Positions 20,807-29,001 of a stretch of 64,000 nt of DNA are shown one piece after another. The notes under the pieces are model-generated. The model worked only from the letters and a program-made list of their open reading frames with translations. It was not told where the DNA came from and did not search any database. Position numbers and translations under genes: made by a program. Positions within the stretch are counted from its first letter, which is position 1. Every line of letters begins with the position of its first letter. The DNA comes from Candidatus Planktophila sp. (GTDB lineage Bacteria; Actinomycetota; Actinomycetes; Nanopelagicales; Nanopelagicaceae): NCBI GenBank assembly GCA_030649935.1, contig JAUSFN010000031.1, forward strand, positions 6,623 to 70,622. Direction: 5' to 3'.

Positions 20807-21541
20807 ATGTTTCCTGGAATTGGCACCGTAATAAATGTAATTACGATAGTTATTGGTGCATCGATTGGAGTGCTAGTAGGAAATCGCATGGGTATTCGCA
20901 CTCGGGTATTGCTAACAGATGTTCTTGGACTAGTCGTTTTAGTAAGTGCTGCTTCTGCCTTGATTCCTATCTGGTCTACTAGGTATACCTCGGCATTTGC
21001 CCAAGGTTGGGCATTACTTGTTATTTTAGGATCACTGCTCATCGGCGGACTCATAGGATCTGCGCTAGATCTTGAATCTAGATTAGATCACATGGGGGAG
21101 CAGTTGAGAAAGCGCTTTAAAGCTTCTAAGGAGAGCCCCTTTGTAGAAGGCTTTGTTTCGGCCGCGCTTTTATTTGCCATTGGGCCTTTAGCGATTCTTG
21201 GTGCAATTAGTGATGGAATGTCTACAGGCATCGACCAACTTGTGCTTAAAAGTACTTTAGATTTTTTTGCAGCGATGGCCTTTGCTAGTTCATTGGGATG
21301 GGGAGTTGCCGCATCGGCTATACCAGTGGCAATCTATCAGGGTTTCTGGACTATAACCGGGCTATCACTCGGCGAAATTTTGAGCCCCTACCAAATTGAT
21401 GCGATGACCATAGTCGGCGGCATACTGCTTATAACAATTGCTTTAAAACTACTAAATATTAAGAGCGTTGCAGTTGCCAACCTTCTTCCTGCTCTAGCTA
21501 TAGCTCCAATACTTTCATTGGTTGTGCACAGTTTTAATTAG
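20807..21541 (+). CDS. DUF554-family membrane protein (YdfK/YqgA-like)
   Basis: N-terminus MFPGIGTVINVITIVIGASIGVLVGNRM with repeated TM halves. Start chosen at ATG 20807; the ORF track start 20768 is possible. Confidence 0.65.
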   Translation: MFPGIGTVINVITIVIGASIGVLVGNRMGIRTRVLLTDVLGLVVLVSAASALIPIWSTRYTSAFAQGWALLVILGSLLIGGLIGSALDLESRLDHMGEQLRKRFKASKESPFVEGFVSAALLFAIGPLAILGAISDGMSTGIDQLVLKSTLDFFAAMAFASSLGWGVAASAIPVAIYQGFWTITGLSLGEILSPYQIDAMTIVGGILLITIALKLLNIKSVAVANLLPALAIAPILSLVVHSFN

Positions 21542-21617
21542 TACAAATGAGCTAAAGGGTTGAAGCGTCAATCGCAAATCTATAAAGTCACCCACGCCGG
21601 TGAGATCTCCCACGGCT

Positions 21618-22262
21618 TTACTCCTTAAATGGAAGTGGTTGTGATGATGTGTGTCCGGCGCGTGAAGCGCGCGCTGTAACGTGGCGCATATGGTGGCGAC
21701 GGCACAAGACTTCATATGCAATCTCTGCACCAGGTGTTACGTCACCAACAACGACTTGCTCGCCCTCAATAACCATCGTGCCACCTTGTGTACGAGCGTT
21801 ATGCGTAGCCCTAGAGCCGCACCAGCACAGCGCTTCTACTTGGAGAGCATGGATTCGATCAGATAGTTCAATCAATCGAGCCGAGCCTGGAAATAGCAAA
21901 GTTTGGAAGTCAGTGAGAATGCCAAAGGCAAAGACATCGATCCCTAAACCATCTACGATTTTGGCGAGTTGTTCAATTTGTTTTCGCTCGTAAAACTGGG
22001 CCTCATCGCAGATTATGTAATCGATTCGATCGCCAGCAGATAGATGGTCAACGACATGTTTGTGTAAATCTAGCCCGGAACTAACTTCAATGGCCGGAGA
22101 TGAAAGTCCCAGACGCGATGAGATGACACCAGAACCGGCGCGATCCTTATTAGTGAAGATGATTCCACTGCGTCCCCGACTATGGTGGTTATGAGCAGTT
22201 TGAAGTGCAAGTGTTGATTTACCACTATCCATAGTTCCGCAGTAATAAATTAACTCAGCCAT
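21618..22262 (-). CDS. tdk: thymidine kinase
   Basis: P-loop GTMDSGKST, CDEAQF and zinc-site cysteines (ALCWCGSRATHNAR ... CRRHH). Confidence 0.94.
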   Translation of the reverse strand: MAELIYYCGTMDSGKSTLALQTAHNHHSRGRSGIIFTNKDRAGSGVISSRLGLSSPAIEVSSGLDLHKHVVDHLSAGDRIDYIICDEAQFYERKQIEQLAKIVDGLGIDVFAFGILTDFQTLLFPGSARLIELSDRIHALQVEALCWCGSRATHNARTQGGTMVIEGEQVVVGDVTPGAEIAYEVLCRRHHMRHVTARASRAGHTSSQPLPFKE

Positions 22263-22283
22263 GAAAACTATCTTGCCACACCA

Positions 22284-24134
22284 TCAGGCAAAGAGCCCCT
22301 TCTCCTTTAATGCCGACTCTAACAATGGGATTAAATGAATAGACATTGCTATCGAAATGTGTGACCTATCACGATATGCGACGATGGAATCCTTTACTGC
22401 CGGGCAGATATCGGTGCAGAGCCAAGGAGTTGGGTCAATGACCTTAAAACCCGGGACTACTAGGTTTAGTGATTTTTCCGAGGTATCACATTCGAAGGCC
22501 TTTCGTGTGGCCAGGCACGAGGGGATATCTACTTTGGGGTGGGGAGTATCACTAATATAAATTAAGTTCTCACTTGCTCCCTTGAGTGAGTTGAGCAGTT
22601 TTATCTGACCATTCCTCCACCACAGTTCTGGATCTGGATATTTGTCTGGAGCTGAAAAGTACTGAAAACTACTCATGATTACGGCAATTGGTTTGATTTC
22701 ATTAATCCGTTGATATGAGTATTTTCGCCACTGGGCGCAGTTTATATACTTGAATCCGCCTCTATCATCCCTGGGAGCATCGACTGCTGGACATGCGGAT
22801 TTTGTTAGTGAGACCAACTTAATACCTTTTTTGATGGCGATTTTTTCAAGTGCAGGAAACCATTGTGCAGCGTGAGAATCACCATAAAGAACGATAGTTT
22901 TTTTAGATTTGATATCCCCATATGTACAGTAACCAGATCTATTGCCTCTATGTGAAACGTGGCAACCATCGCCAACCACAATCGGTTTAGCTACCACTTC
23001 GGCTAGATTAAAGGTAAAGGCGGTTTTGCCACTTGTTGAGACTAGCGCTGGAACCGATGTTGAAATAAAAACCGCTACCGCAAGGGATGTTGCCGTCGTT
23101 GCTAAAGCTGCCAGATAAATCTTCTTTGGTGCAATCTTCATATGTCTAAGCGGTTCTTCGATAACTCTGTTTGTAACATCGGCCAAAATCACGGTGAGAA
23201 TAATGCACAAGAATCGCTCGAGCAGAGTTAAAGGGCGGCCAAGTGCGCTACTTGGAATAACTAATACCGGCCAATGCCACAGATAGAGTGGATAAGATAT
23301 TTTACCTAGCCATTGACTCACGCGATTATTTGATAAATCATTTAGAATTGGCGGCCACACAGCGATTGTTGCTATGAGTAGTGCGGTACCAAGAACTGGA
23401 AGAAGCGCATTAACTCCAGGAAATGCAGTTCCATCACTAAAACCAAATGATGCTACAAATAGTGCGGTTAATCCTGCCCAAGGGAGAAAGCGATAGGGAA
23501 AAAACCGCGACGGTATAAAGAGTAGGAGAGCTCCAATGCCTAATTCCCACGCTCGTGTAGAAAGTGAATAGAAAGCCCAAATGGGTGAACTCTGGGTTTG
23601 ATAAATCGAGAGTACGAGCGAGAGCGTAGTTATAGTTAAAACTCCGAGTAATATAGCTCGCTTGCCTTTTCGCGCAAAGAAAATAAGGAGTACTGGCCAC
23701 ACTAAGTAAAACTGTTCTTCGACTGCTAGCGACCAATAGTGAATAAATGGCGAAGGAGTAGCATCCAGATTTTGATAATCATTCTCCCACCAAGCAAAGA
23801 GATAGTTTGAAATATATGCCGCGGCTGCAAAGAAATCCCGACCTAGCTCGTCACGATTTATTGAGGGTAAAACAAACCACGAGACTAATGCCGTTGCAAA
23901 TAGAACAAAAATAGATGTTGGGAGAAGGCGCTTTATACGCCGTTGATAAAAAGCACCGAGATCAAGTTTTCCAGTGGAATCCAATTCGCGCAGAATTAGG
24001 CCAGTAATTAAATAGCCTGAAATGACATAGAAAATATCAACACCAATGAATCCGCCAGGTACCATTCGTGCGTGGAACAGGGTAACGACTATTGCGGCAA
24101 AAGCTCTAAGACCTTGAATTTGTAAAACGCGCAC
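22284..24134 (-). CDS. acyltransferase-3 family O-acyltransferase with C-terminal SGNH domain (OafA/OatA-like)
   Basis: N-terminal block of about 10 TM segments beginning LQGLRAFAAIVVTLFHA. The roughly 250 aa C-terminal soluble domain contains YGDSHAAQW (SGNH-like). Confidence 0.85.
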   Translation of the reverse strand: MRVLQIQGLRAFAAIVVTLFHARMVPGGFIGVDIFYVISGYLITGLILRELDSTGKLDLGAFYQRRIKRLLPTSIFVLFATALVSWFVLPSINRDELGRDFFAAAAYISNYLFAWWENDYQNLDATPSPFIHYWSLAVEEQFYLVWPVLLIFFARKGKRAILLGVLTITTLSLVLSIYQTQSSPIWAFYSLSTRAWELGIGALLLFIPSRFFPYRFLPWAGLTALFVASFGFSDGTAFPGVNALLPVLGTALLIATIAVWPPILNDLSNNRVSQWLGKISYPLYLWHWPVLVIPSSALGRPLTLLERFLCIILTVILADVTNRVIEEPLRHMKIAPKKIYLAALATTATSLAVAVFISTSVPALVSTSGKTAFTFNLAEVVAKPIVVGDGCHVSHRGNRSGYCTYGDIKSKKTIVLYGDSHAAQWFPALEKIAIKKGIKLVSLTKSACPAVDAPRDDRGGFKYINCAQWRKYSYQRINEIKPIAVIMSSFQYFSAPDKYPDPELWWRNGQIKLLNSLKGASENLIYISDTPHPKVDIPSCLATRKAFECDTSEKSLNLVVPGFKVIDPTPWLCTDICPAVKDSIVAYRDRSHISIAMSIHLIPLLESALKEKGLFA

Positions 24135-24136
24135 CG

Positions 24137-24664
24137 CTATAAAACTAACAAAGAAGTAACTGCGATCTCTGGATATTGCGCTTTAATTGCATTACGTCCA
24201 TTTAACTCTTGAATTTCAATGAGAGCTAAAACTACTTCAACATGTGCCTGACTTCTATGTATTAACTCAATTGCCGCGGCAATTGTTCCACCTGTAGCCA
24301 AAACATCGTCGATTAAAAGTACTGATGCACCTGGTGCAATTGCATCAATATGAATCTCCAAAGTACCCGTACCGTATTCAAGGCCGTAGTTTTGAGAAAT
24401 AGTATGATGAGGAAGTTTTCCAGCCTTTCGGATGGGCACAAAGCCAGAGTTCAATTGATTGGCGACTGCCGATGCAAATATAAAACCTCGTGCCTCTATG
24501 CCGGCCACCAATGTTCCAATTGTTGCATAGGAGGCAAATTTCTCTGTAATAGCAGAAAATGCTTCGCCATTGGCTAATAGGGGAGTTACATCCTGGAAGC
24601 GAACTCCTGGGATTGGATAATCGGGGATTTCACGGATGAGCGAGAGCGCATCATCAATCTGCAT
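24137..24664 (-). CDS. apt: adenine phosphoribosyltransferase
   Basis: A 175 aa protein with FQDVTPLL and the PRPP motif VLLIDDVLATGGT. Confidence 0.95.
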   Translation of the reverse strand: MQIDDALSLIREIPDYPIPGVRFQDVTPLLANGEAFSAITEKFASYATIGTLVAGIEARGFIFASAVANQLNSGFVPIRKAGKLPHHTISQNYGLEYGTGTLEIHIDAIAPGASVLLIDDVLATGGTIAAAIELIHRSQAHVEVVLALIEIQELNGRNAIKAQYPEIAVTSLLVL

Positions 24665-24689
24665 GTGGTCGATTCTATCCTCTGGGAGA

Positions 24690-25871
24690 TTACTCTAATA
24701 AATCGCGATGCAGCACAAGCACCGTCACGTCATCGCTGGCATTTTGGCCAGCACGGGTAATAATTGCATCCACTATTTCCTGGGAGCTGTTGCAACTTCT
24801 CGCGAGATCAGCTACGCCATCAAGTGCACGAAGTGTGCCATCAAAAAGATCTAGCACTCCATCACTTACGGAGATAAGGGTGTCACCGTGGTTTAATACA
24901 AAGCTATCTTCTCTCCATGTAATATCAATACCGACGCCTAAAGGCGGATTATGAGAGGACAACCGTTCAATTTCGCCATTTCGACGCATTACTATCGAGA
25001 GGCCGTGACCGGCATCGACGTATCTAATCAAGCCCGATGTGACGTTTAATCGAGCATGAAATAAAGTTACGAAACTTCCGGAACTGTTCAAATCAGCTCC
25101 TAAAATTGCAGCTGCCGTTTCAATACTGTTCACTAATCCTTCGCTATTTGATCCCGCTCTAAGAACAGCGCGAACAGTTGCAGCGATGATGGCAGCCCCC
25201 ATGCCCTTACCCATGACATCGGCTAGAGTGAGCATTCCACCTTCATTAACGGGGTACCAGTCGTAGAAATCCCCTCCGATAGATCTCGCCTGAACGCATC
25301 CACCGGCCACCTCGAAACCAAATCTCTCTTCGGGTTGCTTAGGGATGAGTCCTTTTTGTACCTGCGAGGCCCGAGTTAACTCATTTTCAATAACCATCTC
25401 TTTCTGAACCCATAGCGCCAAATCACGCAATTGGATCTCTTCAGCCTCCGTGAACTCCCTCGGATGTGGGTCAAAAATGCAGAGCGCTCCAACACGCTCG
25501 CCACTAGGAGTTTCAAGTGGATAGCCCGCGTAAAAACGGATATTTGGATCTCCAGTTACGAGTGGATTATTGTGAAAGCGCGAATCCTGTCTGGCATCTG
25601 GAACGGTGAAATTTTTAGATTCGCGAATAGTTACATCACAGAAAGCAATGCTTCGTGAAGTCTCTTGTGGCTCAAGCCCAATCTTGGATTTAAACCATTG
25701 GCGATCGTGGTCGATTAACGATACTGCCGCGGTTTCCACTCCAAAGAGCTGTTTAGCTAGCCTGGTGATGCGATCAAATCTCTCTTCGGGTGGAGTATCA
25801 AGTATTTTTAGGGAATCTAAAGCGGCCTGACGTGTGGACTCATTGTGCATGTCGTAAACTTCTCTCTTCAA
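24690..25871 (-). CDS. GAF-domain PP2C/SpoIIE-family serine phosphatase
   Basis: N-terminal GAF-like region (LKILDTPPEERFDRITRLA...AVSLID) and C-terminal SpoIIE-like region (GGDFYDW, DVMGKGMGAA, SDGVLD). An alternative ATG start is at 25850. Confidence 0.82.
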   Translation of the reverse strand: MKREVYDMHNESTRQAALDSLKILDTPPEERFDRITRLAKQLFGVETAAVSLIDHDRQWFKSKIGLEPQETSRSIAFCDVTIRESKNFTVPDARQDSRFHNNPLVTGDPNIRFYAGYPLETPSGERVGALCIFDPHPREFTEAEEIQLRDLALWVQKEMVIENELTRASQVQKGLIPKQPEERFGFEVAGGCVQARSIGGDFYDWYPVNEGGMLTLADVMGKGMGAAIIAATVRAVLRAGSNSEGLVNSIETAAAILGADLNSSGSFVTLFHARLNVTSGLIRYVDAGHGLSIVMRRNGEIERLSSHNPPLGVGIDITWREDSFVLNHGDTLISVSDGVLDLFDGTLRALDGVADLARSCNSSQEIVDAIITRAGQNASDDVTVLVLHRDLLE

Positions 25872-26038
25872 TTTCTGAGCCTGAAAACCGTGCCGCAGGC
25901 ATGAGAATACTCACGAATTCGATAGCCCACAACTACGAGGATAAAAAAGCGCACTATAAGGGGCGATCAGCGTAGTTTTGCTATCCACAAGGAGCTGCCT
26001 CGATTTACGCAGGGAATGCACAAACGCTGGGTTCAGTC

Positions 26039-26074
26039 TTTGCTTTGTAAAGCAAATCAGCTTTGCATATGCAA
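26039..26074. promoter_or_regulatory. two palindromes sharing a TTGC/GCAA core immediately upstream of and overlapping the RBS of the 26085 gene
   Basis: TTTGCTTT-GT-AAAGCAAA lies at 26039-26056 and TTGCATATGCAA at 26063-26074. The SD AAGGAGGA lies at 26073-26080. Confidence 0.4.
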
Positions 26075-26084
26075 GGAGGATTTA

Positions 26085-26882
26085 ATGAAAAAAATCATTA
26101 TCGCCACACTATTGAGTGCTGGTCTGATTATGGGCTCTACAAGCGTAGTTTTTGCTGCAGAGACAACATCTGCACCGACTGCTCCTGTCACATTAGCAGC
26201 ATATAAAGTTCAATTGGCTACATATAACACTGCTTTAGTGGCCTACGACAGCGCTACTGTCACAATTAAAGCTCAGGCTGTCGCTTTTGGTATAGCTGCT
26301 AAGACCTACAAAACCGCCTATGAAACTGCCTTAGTAAATTACAAAGCAGTACTTAAGGCAAATGGACCTGCCACAACTCCTGCACAGTATGCAGTTATCT
26401 TGGCCGCCTATAACACGGCATTAACTACGTACAACAATGCAACAGTTACATTTAAGGCTCAACTTGGTGTATTCAACATTGCTAAACAAAATTATAAGCT
26501 CGCATACGAAAACGTAGTGCGAATTTATAAAGCAACCGTGAATATGCGTGAAAACCTTCGCAAGTCAATTAACACGGCTTTCGAAGTTGCAATTCATAAC
26601 GCCAATGCAACGCTTGCAACTGCTATGGCGGTTGCCATAACTGCAGAACAAAAACTAGCTGCCACAACTGCACGTCAGAACACCGTCACTCTATCAATTG
26701 CAACACGCAAAGCTGCCCTTGATGCGGTGGGAGACAAGCCAGTTAAGCCAGTCAAAAAAGTAAAGATTGATGCCGATCATGATGATGACGACGATGATGA
26801 TGACGACATCAAATTTGATAAGCCAGCTAAGCCTGCTAAGCCAGCTAAGCCTGCAAAATCAAATAAACACAATAAGGGCTAA
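26085..26882 (+). CDS. secreted alanine/tyrosine-rich tandem-repeat protein with poly-Asp and (KPA)n C-terminus (function unknown)
   Basis: Strong SD then MKKIIIATLLSAGLIMGSTSVVFA|AETT signal peptide. Two roughly 55-60 aa repeats follow the pattern (L)A.YNTAL..Y..ATVT.KAQ...F.IA...YK.AYE....YKA. The protein ends DADHDDDDDDDDDIKFDKPAKPAKPAKPAK. Confidence 0.75.
   Translation: MKKIIIATLLSAGLIMGSTSVVFAAETTSAPTAPVTLAAYKVQLATYNTALVAYDSATVTIKAQAVAFGIAAKTYKTAYETALVNYKAVLKANGPATTPAQYAVILAAYNTALTTYNNATVTFKAQLGVFNIAKQNYKLAYENVVRIYKATVNMRENLRKSINTAFEVAIHNANATLATAMAVAITAEQKLAATTARQNTVTLSIATRKAALDAVGDKPVKPVKKVKIDADHDDDDDDDDDIKFDKPAKPAKPAKPAKSNKHNKG
26781..26807 (+). repeat. (GAT/GAC)9 trinucleotide tract encoding nine consecutive Asp
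   Basis: gatgatgacgacgatgatgatgacgac, in frame in the 26085 CDS. Confidence 0.9.
26820..26858 (+). repeat. 9-bp tandem repeat AAGCCWGCW x4 (+AAA) encoding KPAKPAKPAKPAK
   Basis: aagccagct aagcctgct aagccagct aagcctgca aaa. Confidence 0.9.
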
Positions 26883-26900
26883 GTTTCTTAGCACTTAAAC

Positions 26901-26940
26901 AAAGAGCCTCTTGCGCATATAGCGCTAGGGGCTCTTTGCC
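26901..26940 (+). terminator. hairpin, probable intrinsic terminator after the repeat-protein gene
   Basis: AAAGAGCC (26901-26908) pairs with GGCTCTTT (26930-26937). An inner GCGC/GCGC stem is also present, and the T-run forms the 3' side. Confidence 0.5.
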
Positions 26941-27011
26941 ATGCTGGGAGAAGGTCGGAGCACGTCTAAAAGAGGCAAACTGCACGGCGATACTCATGTA
27001 TCATCACAAGC

Positions 27012-27524
27012 ATGTCTATGAACCAACAATCTTGGACCTCTTACGCCGCGTTGGTTATCTCCGTGTGCACATTACTAATTTCAGCATGGTGGCTTCGAGA
27101 AACACGTTCCGGCCGAATTCTCTTAACGGTGGATGGACAAGCCCATTCAAGTAATAATAAGGGCGCAAAGTCATTGATCGACTTAACCGTTGAAATTACC
27201 AACGTTGGCCGAGTAGCAACAACGGTGACGGAGGTCTTTTGGAGTATTTCCAACATGAAAGGCGGACAAGAGGAAGGGACGAAGGATGCTATTTCTAATG
27301 CTGATGTTCGGTACCTCTTAGAAGCCACAGAACTGCCTTTACTCCTTGAACCAAACTCATCGCACGCCTTCACGATGCAGATAACTCAAGAGAAAGTTGA
27401 CACCGCAACAATCGGGCGGCCAGGAACCACTGTTATCCGTCGACCGAAGCCATTTCGCCGAATCTCACCTGAGAATACTCGCACTGAAATCTTGGGCCAA
27501 GCTCGCCCTGTTCTCACCGAATAA
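27012..27524 (+). CDS. hypothetical single-pass membrane protein
   Basis: N-terminal TM segment WTSYAALVISVCTLLISAWWL followed by about 130 aa with an alternating beta-like pattern. I recognise no motif. Confidence 0.55.
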   Translation: MSMNQQSWTSYAALVISVCTLLISAWWLRETRSGRILLTVDGQAHSSNNKGAKSLIDLTVEITNVGRVATTVTEVFWSISNMKGGQEEGTKDAISNADVRYLLEATELPLLLEPNSSHAFTMQITQEKVDTATIGRPGTTVIRRPKPFRRISPENTRTEILGQARPVLTE

Positions 27525-27559
27525 CACAGGTACATCTAGGGCACATACCAACATTTAAG

Positions 27560-27643
27560 TGTCCGAAAGGGGACTTGAACCCCTAAGCCCTTGCGGGCAC
27601 TAGCACCTCAAGCTAGCGCGTCTGCCAATTCCGCCACCCGGAC
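27560..27643 (-). tRNA. tRNA-Leu (anticodon GAG)
   Basis: The reverse complement reads GUCCGGGUGGCGGAAUUGGCAGACGCGCUAGCUUGAGGUGCUAGUGCCCGCAAGGGCUUAGGGGUUCAAGUCCCCUUUCGGACA. It folds as a cloverleaf with anticodon loop UUGAGGU, a long variable arm and T-loop GGUUCAAGUCC. CCA is not encoded. Confidence 0.93.
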
Positions 27644-27666
27644 TGAGTGAAGTGCAAAGGATAGCA

Positions 27667-29001
27667 ATGTGGTGCGAGAATGGCGAAATGGATACATCTA
27701 AGCGTTCACTTCTTGAAACTGAAACTATACAAATTTGTCAAGATCTCATAAGAATTCCGAGCGTTAATTTCGGTGAGGGAAAGGGTGACGAACGAGCTGT
27801 CGCTGAGTATGTTGTTGCATCATTAGCCGAAGTAGGAATCGAATCAACAATCTATGAATCCGCTCCGGGTCGATGCAACGTGGTTGCCAGAATTAAAGGT
27901 CGTGGGTCTAACCGCGCTGGATTGGTAGTTCATGGACACCTAGACGTTGTTCCAGTGAATGCCGAAGATTGGAGTGTCGATCCATTTTGTGGGGAGATTA
28001 TCGATGGAATGATCTGGGGTCGTGGCGCTGTAGACATGAAGAACATGGATGCGATGATTTTAGCAACTGTCAGAGAGTGGGCTAGAACGAACTATGTTCC
28101 CACTCGCGATATCGTTTTAGCATTTTTTGCCGATGAAGAGGCCGGAAGTATTTTCGGCTCTCATTGGATGGTTGATAAACATCCCGAACTTTTTGCTGGC
28201 TGCACTGAGGCAATCTCCGAAGTTGGTGGTTTTTCAGTAACAGTAGGTGGGGGCAAACGCTTGTACATGATCGAAACGGCGGAAAAGGGTATTCACTGGA
28301 TGAAGTTGACTGCTAGCGGTCGTGCTGGTCATGGATCAGTAATGAATGATGAAAATGCGCTAACTAGATTAACTGAGGCGGTTGCAAGAATTGGAAACCA
28401 TAAATGGCCGCAACGTTACAGCCTCACGGTTAAGGCTCTATTTAAGCGAGTTGCAGATGCAACGGGTAAGACATATGACGAGAGAGACTTGCGGCCACTG
28501 CTGCATGAACTAGGTTTCGCTGCCCGAATGATCGGTGCAACGTTACAAAATACTGCCAACCCAACAATGCTTGATGCTGGTTACAAGGCAAACGTGATTC
28601 CTGGATCGGCGAGTGCGGTAATCGATGGACGTTTTATTCCTGGATTTGAAGATGAACTCAATGAAACCGTCAAATCCCTCATTGGTCCGCACGTTTCTAT
28701 TGAAACGATTACTAGAGACAAAGCCCTTGAAGTACCTTTCGAGGGAGATTTAGTTGATGCGATGTGCAATTCGATCATGAAAGAAGATTCGGAGGCAATT
28801 CCAGTCCCATATTTAATGAGTGGTGGTACTGACAATAAAGCTTTAGCTGAATTAGGCATAATTGGTTATGGATTTTCACCATTGAAATTGGATGAGGATT
28901 TTGATTTCATGGCAATGTTTCATGGAGTTGATGAACGCGTTCCCGTCGAAGGATTAACTTTTGGAGTTCGAGTTCTAAAAGATTTTCTAGAAAACGCTTA
29001 A
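27667..29001 (+). CDS. M20-family metallopeptidase (DapE2/dipeptidase-like)
   Basis: HGHLDVVP, FADEEAGS and a dimerisation-domain pattern. The start is uncertain: GTG 27652, ATG 27667 (preceded by AAAGGA) or ATG 27688. Confidence 0.85.
   Translation: MWCENGEMDTSKRSLLETETIQICQDLIRIPSVNFGEGKGDERAVAEYVVASLAEVGIESTIYESAPGRCNVVARIKGRGSNRAGLVVHGHLDVVPVNAEDWSVDPFCGEIIDGMIWGRGAVDMKNMDAMILATVREWARTNYVPTRDIVLAFFADEEAGSIFGSHWMVDKHPELFAGCTEAISEVGGFSVTVGGGKRLYMIETAEKGIHWMKLTASGRAGHGSVMNDENALTRLTEAVARIGNHKWPQRYSLTVKALFKRVADATGKTYDERDLRPLLHELGFAARMIGATLQNTANPTMLDAGYKANVIPGSASAVIDGRFIPGFEDELNETVKSLIGPHVSIETITRDKALEVPFEGDLVDAMCNSIMKEDSEAIPVPYLMSGGTDNKALAELGIIGYGFSPLKLDEDFDFMAMFHGVDERVPVEGLTFGVRVLKDFLENA

Noticed and set aside
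26936-27154. A 72-aa ORF overlapping the start of the 27012 hypothetical gene.
   Set aside because: It begins inside the terminator hairpin region, overlaps the longer TM-protein ORF in another frame, and has no supporting features.
25900-27559. A genomic island integrated at tRNA-Leu.
   Set aside because: I could find no integrase, recombinase, phage or plasmid genes, and no direct repeat of the tRNA 3' end by eye. This is kept only as a low-interest note.
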